The notes beneath the pieces were generated by a model. The model saw only the letters and a list, made by a program, of their open reading frames with translations. It searched no databases and was not told the origin of the DNA. A stretch of DNA of 64,000 nucleotides from Octopus bimaculoides (taxonomy: Eukaryota), in contig NC_068982.1 in assembly GCF_001194135.2 (NCBI RefSeq), positions 97,418,994 through 97,482,993 of the forward strand, read 5' to 3'. The translations under genes were made by a program, and so were the position numbers. How positions within the stretch are numbered: the first letter of the stretch is position 1; every line of letters starts with the position of its first letter. Shown piece by piece: positions 53,079 through 64,000 of the stretch.

Positions 53079-54438
53079 ATTTGCTGGGCAGTTTTTCCTA
53101 CTTAATGTAGTATGCATATATTATCTAACATTTTTAAAAGCATATTATTGAATATGCCCTTTCATAAATTAAGGGTGAGGAAAAGTTGTTTACTATTTCT
53201 AGCAAGTCGAATGACTACACAAACATTTTCCTGTGTGGGTTCAGAAGTGAATATGATTGTTATTGTATAGCCCTAGATTGAAACTTAGAATACACACATT
53301 GCCATAGCTAAATGTATCAAATTTATCTCCTGGAAATTATCTTTTAAGAAACAATGCACCGAGAAAGAGCTTCAATATACAATATATATATTACAGATCT
53401 TATATATACTTGGACAAATTGAGAAAGAAAAAGAATAGGTAATTTATAGGTAGTTTTTTTTTTTGTGATGGATATTTTTGGTGAAACGAATCGGTCATTC
53501 AGAGCAAACCGACCTGCACCTGTGTTAGATACAATAATTCTTAGACACGTTCAAAATTAAGAATACTTTGTATCAATTTTTCTTTCAAACTGAAAATCTA
53601 AATTGCCTTTATGATTGTTCACTATTAAGAAAAACGTATTCTTTATTTCAGCGGGTATCATTAAAACTGGTACTGGGGTCATGAACTTTAAATTTATATT
53701 TAGCACAAATTATTAAGTACCACGTATAACTGTTTCATTTTCCATCAAAATAATTCTGCTTTTTATATTTTTGCTGGAACTTGTCAAGCACGTACTACTA
53801 TAAACTGTATGATCAGCTAGAGACTCAGCAAATAATTAAACATGAAACTCTTCACTCATTTAATTTACTAAACATTTCCAAAAGATGAAACGAAAAAAAA
53901 AAGATGATTGAAATTAATAAATAGTAAATAACTTGAATCGAGTTACCTGATTTCTTTCTCTTTGTTCTCAATATTTGTTTTTTATTGAAACATTTATAAT
54001 AAAGACGAAAGCAAATAAATTATTGAAAGAACATTGTAACATTTGCAAGAAATATATTAAACAATTAAAATATGAATGTAATAAGTGGAATATTATTGAA
54101 ATATGAAAGGGAAACCAAAACATTAGGGAAATAAATAATGAAATATGTTTAAGGAAACAGGGAAAAATCATTAAAATAGCATTGAAAGACTCTACGATAT
54201 GCAAATCGTTTCTATCCCCCAGATATCAGGGGATGCTCTCCATTGCTGACGACATACCCAAGTATAGAAACGATTTGCATATTGTGGAGTGATAAACTGT
54301 ATAAATAAATACGAAAGCATTGTATAGAACGATGCATATATATTTACATATGCATACAAAAGTGCATACGTACAAGCATGTATGTGCATGTGTGTGCATG
54401 TACGTGTGTATAAGTATGTGTATGTATATGTGTGTGTG

Positions 54439-54469
<31 letters not shown>

Positions 54470-54800
54470 CTTTATATATGTATGTATGTATATGTGTGTG
54501 TGTGCGCTTGTGTCTCTGTGTTGCGTGTGTTCTATGTGTAAGTATTAAGTTGTACCCAGATATGTATTTACATTAGGTTTTCAGAGTCAATTAAGAAATG
54601 AGAATAGAGCAGCACCGCGAGCAAAAGCAAACTATTTAGCCTTCGTTTAGTAAACTGAAACTATTTACACAACCAATGTCCATCTCAAATAGTTTGCGGT
54701 GTTCATTGTTGCACGAACGTCATGTTGATTTTGAAGAATGTGGAAGGCTTCCTGCTAGCTTCGGGCATGCGTGATAAGGCTGGCCGTTGATTCATTGGAG

Positions 54801-55073
54801 CAGTGGTTCTCAACCACGGTCCATATGACCCTCGGGGGGTCCATATAAGACTTTGCTGTTAAAATTTATGTGCAATAAATTGGTTATACTTCTACAATAC
54901 ACAAAATATTTTGCTAATTTTTTAAAATACAATTAGTGTTTGATTACTATTTGATTAATATTTAATTACAAAAATACGACAGGATTTTTTAAATATCGAA
55001 TGACTCTGAAGATCCACCTGAGTGAAATAAGAATCGAGGGTGTCCATAGGCCGAAAATGGTTGAGAACCAATG
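54801..55073. mobile_element. hAT (Charlie-like) MITE
   Basis: TIRs CAGTGGTTCTCAACC / GGTTGAGAACCAATG; degenerate 8-bp flanks CATTGGAG / CGATTGAG; subterminal GTCCATA repeats. Confidence 0.85.
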
Positions 55074-55431
55074 CGATTGAGTAAAGAGCTGAACCCAAGG
55101 AGAACGGTGGAGTACAACGGCGACGGTTATTCAAAACGGGAGTTCATGGTGAGTTGAATTGCCGTGAGGAGTGGAAAGACTTGCACTTCGGGATCTTGCC
55201 CTTTAGTGGAGAGTAGAAAACACAAAGTAGCTATTTCGACGATCAGTGTGATGTGAATTCTTCGTTGAAGGACAAGAGCCCAAAACATTAGACATTTCAC
55301 AAGTCGCTGTAAATCAATTTACTGATATCATTTGAAAGTGTGAATTTGTTAAGACTTCCAACAAATTATTTGACAGTTCTATGTCCCCACACGCCGTCTC
55401 ATTTGTATTGATAGAATATTCCTCGAATCGT

Positions 55432-55814
55432 TGTTGGCACTCCGTCGCTTACGACGTCGAGGGTTCCAGTTGATCCGATCAACGGAACAGCCTGTTCGTG
55501 AAATTAACGTGCAAGTGGCTGAGCACTCCACGGACACGTGTACCCTTAACGTAGTTCTTGGGGATATTCAGCCTGACACAGTGTGACAAGGCTGACCCTT
55601 TGAATTACAGGCACAACAGAAACTGGAAGTAAGAGTGAGAGAAAGTTGTGGTGAAAGAGTACAGCAGGGTTCGCCACCATCCCCTGCCGGAGCCTCGTGG
55701 AGCTTTAGGTGTTTTCGCTCAATAAACACTCACAACGCCCGGTCTGGGAATCGAAACCGCAAACCTATGACCGCGAGTCCGCTGCCCTAACCACTGGGCC
55801 ATTGCGCTTTCCAC
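55432..55814 (-). mobile_element. Full-length tRNA-derived SINE (family B body, different head) with 12-bp TSD
   Basis: The sense head is GCGCAATGGCCCAGTGGTTAGGGCAGCGGACTCGCGGTC...GGTTTCGATTCCCAGACC. TSD TCCTCGAATCGT lies at 55420-55431 and 55815-55826. Confidence 0.93.
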
Positions 55815-56689
55815 TCCTCGAATCGTACCAGTGCGAATATCCACAGTTCTCTTCCAGGTTGGACGATCAAAGTTTCTCTTATGTGTGCGCGCGCGTGTGT
55901 GTATATACTTAAGCCCATTCATACATACAAATATTTATACTTGTAGTTACATAAGTGACTCAAGGGCTGAGAGAATCGTGTATGAAATTTTTCCCTGAAG
56001 ACGCTGTGCACATACAAGTGAAACAGTGAGTAGCTAGAGATTGATATCATTAACCTCTACACTATTTCCCGACAGTTAACACTAAACGTATGTATGTCAT
56101 TATTCAGTTTATTTCAAGATTTCTTGCCAATAGAGAAAGAACCGCTTTCTAACCTAGATCCAAGGCTCCTTCATTGGAATATCAACAATAGGGTATTTTT
56201 GTTTGTGTGTATGTATGTATATATGTATGTATGTATGTATGAAAGTACGTATGCATGTATGTTAACAGGAATTTATGTGTGTGTGTGTGTACATATATAT
56301 ATATATAATCAAAATAAGCAACAAGATATCAAGTAGTGATGTAGTACAACCGTTTCAAGCGGTTCCATTTAATTGAATAATGCAATCATTAGATCAATTT
56401 CAATGCAATGCCATCTTCAGCTGCACAAATAAATAAATAGAATTTTAACCAGTAGGACACATTAATATAATTTTTCTCAAATATTTTAACAGAGCAAGAA
56501 GATGGAAGAAATTCATGCTGTCGGTATTGTAGCTAATGTAGCTAAGAATAGTCTCCTTACTTCGAGCTGTGCGGATAATACGGAACTAATTTGGTGCTTC
56601 AACTTAAGTACCTAATTCAACTGAATCTTAATTATATATATATATATACTCCACACACACACGCACGTGCACACACACACACATATATA

Positions 56690-56885
56690 TTGGGTTTGCA
56701 AGAAAGTAATTTCAGTTGTTTAGTGTGAAATAAAAGTCAGTTTCTCGTTCAAAGAATGAACTTTAATCAATTACATATTTTCCATTTTGTTCAATAACCT
56801 TTTGCTATCTACATGATTCTTGCGCTCATAGAACTTCTGGTCCTTATTTGCAAAAAACTGAAGCAAGTGCGATTTCAAGCCATCC
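56690..56885 (-). mobile_element. mariner 3' end fragment with TIR
   Basis: The minus strand gives DGLKSHLLQFFANKDQKFYER...KVIEQNGKYVID*; terminus TA|TTGGGTTTGCAAGAAAGTAATTTC. Confidence 0.88.
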
Positions 56886-57085
56886 TCTTTCTCCTCTGTC
56901 TCCTCCTCTGTCTCCTCCTCCTCTGTCTCCTCCTCCTCTGTCTCCTCCTCCTCTGTCTCCTCCTCCTCTGTCTCCTCCTCCTCTGTCTCCTCCTCATCAG
57001 TCTCCTCCTTCTCTGTCTCCTCCTCCTTTGTCTCCTCCTCTGTCTCCTCCTTCTCTGGCTCCTCCCCCTCTACCTCCTCTCTGCC
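56886..57085. repeat. ~15-bp pyrimidine minisatellite (TCTCCTCCTCCTCTG)n
   Basis: Direct reading; it gives the (SPPPL)n and (CLLLL)n pseudo-ORFs. Confidence 0.93.
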
Positions 57086-57615
57086 TCTCGTTCCTTCTCA
57101 ATCCGTATATATATATATATATATATATCTACTCACACACACACATTTACAAATACATATACATACATACATGCACGCACACACACACACACGCACACGC
57201 ACACGTGTATATACAAACATACCCTCTGGTACACAGATACACGCATGTACAGCATGGCTGAATGGTTAAGAAACTCTCTTCACTAACACGTGGGTCTCTG
57301 CTCCGATCCCAGTTGATGACATCTAAGGTTAGCGTCTTTGTTCTCAGATCGACCCATACCTTGTGTAAGAAACTGCACGGAGAGGCTTCGTCGGATGGAC
57401 AACCTGTGATTTAATGGAAATGCTTTGCCACACACTGTGTTACGCCAACTGTCACTGAGAATTACGTTAGATGTACACTTCTCGGTGGAACGATCTTTAT
57501 TTTTGGATGTAAAATGAAATGTATGTATATATAAATGGCAGTTTACATGGTTTTATATGTATAAATGCTATATATTTACATATGTTGGTGCGAGCGTGTG
57601 AGTATGTGCAAGTGA

Positions 57616-57775
57616 TGTTTCCCGTGATGTTTACCAACTTTTCCATCCAACCTGCTGTGTGGTGTGGATATCAGTGAACATACCTTCCACTTCCTGTTAT
57701 GTAAGGGCTGATAGGGCGATGTCGTCTGGTGGGTGAGAGCTTCTGCTCTCCCATTTGATTTTCCTTATAAAAAAC
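57616..57775 (-). repeat. Extra copy of an internal 160-bp RTE segment (paralogous to 58233-58391)
   Basis: The two segments align at roughly 90% or better by eye. Confidence 0.88.
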
Positions 57776-57799
57776 GTGCGTGTGTGTGCGTGCATGCAT

Positions 57800-59160
57800 G
57801 TTTCTTTCGTTATCCTTTCATTCCAGTGTTAGCGTCACTACTGACCGAAGAGCTCAACCGACCTCTGTCTCTGACCAGTCTTGCTCGCGAGACCCATATA
57901 GTGCTGCGAGCTCATTACATCATCTTGATTTTAGTCTTGCTCTTAAACTGCTCCATCCTCTCTATCGCTGGTATCGTTCATCGGTTATTCTTAAATCGTG
58001 TGATGTAACCGATCCATCTGTGTTTCTTTCCTGATGACAATAATGTTGCCATCAATTCCTGTCTACTGTCGGATCCAGACGATCCTTTTCCGATCTTACT
58101 GTTTAGCATGATGTACTATGCGATAGCGAATGTGTCGATTACGGTAATGTTTAATGCCCACGTTTCTCTGACTTTTCACTGGTAAAATGTACTCTGCGAT
58201 GACCTTAAGCGTGATCCTCAGACTAATCTAGGTGTTTCCCGTGATGTTTACCAACTTTTTCATCCAACTTGCTGGGTGGTGTGGATATCGGTGAACATAA
58301 CTTCAAGTTCCTGTTATGTAAGGGCTGATAGGGCGATGTCGTCTGGTGGGTGAGAGCTTCTGCTCTCCCATTTGATTTTCCTTATAAAAACATGTAGGTA
58401 GGAAGTAGACAGTTTTACTGAAATATTTTCTTTTGGTTTCGGTGCACTCTTCCAGCATGGTCGAGTCGTTGTCCTGCTGAAGCAGCTTCAGTATCACTAG
58501 TGCACCATTGTAGAGATCATGCAGTGAGCTGTACGCTGGATAGATTTTCAGATTTCCTATCGCCAAGATGAACAGTGTGAATGCGTTGTCTAAGAAAGCA
58601 AAACAGAGTGGGATCTTCTACTCGTTTGCTTTTCCCTAGAGCTAACAAACAACTGCCCCCTCAGTTGATGTTGTTTTAGGATACGAATCTTTCCCTAAAG
58701 AAGAACCCAAGAAAATATTTTGAACATGATCCGCAGAAGGCTGATCGACCGTTAGTTCTTTATGTCCTTTGTATCATTTCTTTTATATAGAGCGTCTCTT
58801 GAAGCATTCTTCCAGTCGATGGGGACCCTACCAACAAGACATTTGTTGAATAGCATGGTGAACGTCTTAAAGTTGTGATCTTCGTCGTCTTCAAGAATAG
58901 TGACAATGATAATGTCCTCATCCCTAGGTTTGTTCCGCTTCAGGTGATTGATGGCTGCTCTCACTTCAGACAGCAGAACGGGAGAAGGGGACAGGCGGGC
59001 TGTCTGTCATGCTTGTCTATAAACGCTTGACCTCCGCGTCTTCTTGAGTTATAAAGTTTGATGTAGAATTCTTCACGTCTCTTAAAATGTCAGCTCAGGG
59101 TCCTCGGTATGGGTGACTCATTCTTCCCTCAGGACGAAGATAGTGTTACTTTCAGGGCAT
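57800..59160 (-). mobile_element. RTE-clade LINE 3' relic, heavily mutated
   Basis: EEFYIKLYNS, (V)RAAINHLKRNK...LFNKCL..RVPIDWKNA...LYKRNDTKDIKN, DDIAL...ELEVMFTDIH, YILPV...ETWAL, WIRQ*TG. Confidence 0.85.
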
Positions 59161-59200
59161 TATTTCCTCCTAACAGGCTTTACTGTTTAGCATTATGTAT

Positions 59201-59549
59201 TCCTTTGACACATTGCGTTCAAATTGAAAAGCAGAGTTTGGCCTCTATCCGTTGCTGATTGAAAGTAGGTTGTTTAAACATCTCTTCAGTTTTTACTCAA
59301 CACCAACATTGTACCACCACCACCACCACAACCACCTCACCAACAACAATAACAACATTGTACAAGATCAAAACCAATGAGGAGTTGAAACAGCAGCAGT
59401 AGCAGTAGCAGTAGAACCGACATCTTTCATAGTTTTAAAGGAATGAGGAGCTATTTTCTTTTTCGTAATAATTTTGCTGTGACTTAATATTTATGTCAAT
59501 TAAATATTCATTTTTTTAAATTGCGGCTCAGTCTTTGTAGTGCAAGATC
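59201..59549 (+). repeat. Copy 1 of a ~350-bp direct repeat
   Basis: About 10 substitutions and one 9-bp indel relative to 60942-61299. Confidence 0.95.
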
Positions 59550-59787
59550 CACTTTAGGGCTCCAAGACGTTTTTTGGATTCGTAGTAATATCTTCCTTGA
59601 TACGGTGATTAATGGGTATGTAGATCTTGTAGTATGTATGTATGTATATAGTATGCATGTGTGTGTGTGTGCGCATGCGTGTGTGCATGTGTATGTATGT
59701 ATATATTTATATATTTTGCAATAAATCTGCATATATATTTGCATTTATTCATATATATATATCTGTGTGTGTGTGTGTGTGTGTGTG

Positions 59788-59834
<47 letters not shown>

Positions 59835-60161
59835 ATGTGTGTGTGTGTGTGTTGTGTGTGTACAGATATGCATGTATGTATTCACATACATGTATGTATA
59901 TATATGTGTGTGTGTGCATGTATATGCATTTATAAATGATATATGTACGTGCATAATATAAATTATGTATGCGTGTGTATATATGTATAATATATATATA
60001 TGTGTATGTATTTATGTGATATATATGTATATATATAGATATATATGTGTGAGTGCGTTTGAGTGAGTGTGAGTGTACGTGACCAAAATAGAGAATGGGT
60101 GTGTTAGGTGGACGTTTGCTGTATACCACATGCGCGTGTGGGGCGATATGTGTCCGCATGT

Positions 60162-60246
<85 letters not shown>

Positions 60247-60654
60247 TATGTGTTTGTGTGCACGTGCAGTGTGTACGCTCTAACTGAATATCCTTTAATT
60301 GAATAAAGGTATGCTCGAAAATTATTCAGTCATTCAGTTATTCATTCAGTCATTATTCAATTATCTATTCATTCATTGACTCATTCATTCCAACATTTAG
60401 TCATTTATTTATTCAATTATGTATTCATTCATTCATTCGTTGTTTTCATTCATCGGCAAAAAAAAAAGAAATAATAATAAATAAAAATATTAATCCCAGA
60501 TCTGAACATACTATTTGTGGTACCTTGTAAAACGGTGGAACTTGTTCAATTGTGTTTAATATCTTATTACCAAAGGAATTAGCCATAATTGATCCGGCAG
60601 AGTTCAGTATCTGTCACTCTTCACTATCTCTCACACTTATACACACATCATCTA

Positions 60655-60818
60655 TCTATCTCTCCCTCCCTCCCTCTCCCCCTCTCTCTCCTTCTCTCTC
60701 TCTCCTTCTCTCTCTCTCCTTCTCTCTCTCTCCTTCTCTCTCTCTCTCCTTCTCTCTCCTTCTCTCTCTCTCTCATTCTCTCTCTCTCTCCTTCTCTCTC
60801 TCTCTCCTTCTCTCTCTC
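60655..60818. repeat. CT-rich minisatellite (CTCTCTCTCCTT-like)
   Basis: Direct reading. Confidence 0.9.
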
Positions 60819-60941
60819 GCCGCATTCTCATTCTCGTGCCTTTCTCCCTGACACATTCACTCTCACTTAGAGTGCGATCGACCTTATGTTTTGACTGGTA
60901 TTGCAATACTAATTAACAGTGAATCAGACCAGCTCTGAAAA

Positions 60942-61299
60942 TCCTTTGACACATTGCGTTCAAATTGAAAAGCAGAGTTTGGCCTCTATCTGTTGCTGAT
61001 TGAAAGCAGGTTGTTTAAACATCTCTTCAGTTCTTACTCAACACCAACATTGTACCACCACCACCACCACCAGCACCACAACCACCTCACCAACAACAAA
61101 AACAACATTGTACAAGATCAAAACCAATGAGGAGTTGAAACAGCAGCAGTAGCAGTAGCAATAGAACCGGCCTCTTTCATAGTTTTAAAGGAATGAGGGA
61201 CTATTTTCTTTTTCGTAATAATTTTGCTGTGACTTAATATTTATGTCAATTAAATATTCATTTTTTTAAATTGCGGCTCAGTCTTTGTAGTGTAAGATC
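60942..61299 (+). repeat. Copy 2 of the ~350-bp direct repeat
   Basis: Starts TCCTTTGACACATTGCG and ends GTGTAAGATC, matching copy 1. Confidence 0.95.
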
Positions 61300-61429
61300 A
61301 GCTGTTTAATTCAACATTCTTTTTACAGTTAAGTTTGCGTTTCATATAAATTTTGGAAAGTTCTTCATTAATTGTTTATGGAATTCTGTGACGTCACCTT
61401 ATCCGTCTTTTCCACTCTTNNNNNNNNNN

Positions 61430-63125
<1,696 letters not shown>

Positions 63126-64000
63126 TATATCTACATGACTAAAGTGATTTGAGTTTTGATTATAGGTGGAAAAAAATAATCAATACTACTTTACTGTTTG
63201 ACACAACAGATCAAAAGGTGACTTCTCAATAGACTCATAAAATGTAATCTTTTGAAGTTTTCTTGTCGTGAATATTACTAACTAATGAATACCAGCCATC
63301 ATTAAAGAGCTTCAGTAAGTTGCATATGTTTGATATGGCCCGACATATATGTGCACCAGGAAGTCCTCTACTTCCAATAATGACTCAGCTTTTTCGCACG
63401 TTCTTATGTTGGAACAATGAAAGAAATTCGTAGTAACTGTTAATTTTTTTTTTTCTGTTCACTTTCGCCTTTATTGTATAGTACGTCTATTTTATATGTA
63501 TAAAAGCCGACCAATTTATGACCGTAGAGATGATGGTATGAACGCATATTTTTGAGAATTACCATCAATCAGATGTTTAGAGTAAATGTTCTATTTTAAT
63601 CCTCTAGACATTTTTAAACGACAGACGGTGCAAAAAAAAACATATNNNNNNNNNNNNNNNNNNNNNNNNNNNNNNNNNNNNNNNNNNNNNNNNNNNNNNN
63701 NNNNNNNNNNNNNNNNNNNNNNNNNNNNNNNNNNNNNNNNNNNNNNNNNNNNNNNNNNNNNNNNNNNNNNNNNNNNNNNNNNNNNNNNNNNNNNNNNNNN
63801 NNNNNNNNNNNNNNNNNNNNNNNNNNNNNNNNNNNNNNNNNNNNNNNNNNNNNNNNNNNNNNNATATATATATATATATATATATAAAGAAATAATAGTT
63901 GAGGTCGTTTGGCATACTAACATAAACGTATTTTGGGATGCAATATTTTCTGTTTAGATCTATCGTAATAATCTAGTATTTTAGACATATGTTATTGCAA

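Noticed and set aside
55740-55810. tRNA-like sequences here and at 25503 and 48860
   Set aside because: They are SINE heads continuing into SINE bodies; no complete cloverleaf, so they are not called as tRNA genes.
56886-57085. Regularly spaced repeats considered as a CRISPR-like array
   Set aside because: The units are contiguous with no unique spacers, the context is eukaryotic and there are no cas genes.
56813-57286. 157-aa and 137-aa ORFs (Leu/Cys-rich, Pro-rich)
   Set aside because: They are produced by a mariner fragment plus a 15-bp minisatellite and dinucleotide repeats.

Overview
This is AT-rich eukaryotic (animal) DNA, dense in microsatellites, with ten N-gaps that are mostly flanked by simple repeats. 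The SINE families and repeat style resemble those known from octopus; this taxon assignment is inference, not proof. I found no convincing host protein-coding gene, tRNA, rRNA or CRISPR array. Nearly all long ORFs in the supplied track are artefacts of dinucleotide or trinucleotide repeats or of N-runs. The window is mainly a deposit of decayed transposable elements: a near-complete but broken Tx1/L1-clade LINE (4.1-9.0 kb), three R4/Dong-clade relics, an RTE relic, mariner, DD37D/maT-like and pogo/Tigger relics, a Merlin-type MITE with an exact 8-bp TSD and internal TTAGGG-like repeats, two hAT-type MITEs, probable Penelope-like remnants and many tRNA-derived SINEs, including about 10 copies within 4 kb. 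The most interesting signals are RNA-structural. Two palindromic elements carry minimal type-I hammerhead-ribozyme-like cores of the kind found in Penelope-like termini (23213-23431, 17799-17855). A candidate H-type pseudoknot sits in the Tx1 3' UTR (8791-8842). There is also an unexplained ~350-bp direct duplication (59201/60942). All translations and pairings were done by eye; no database searches or folding programs were run.
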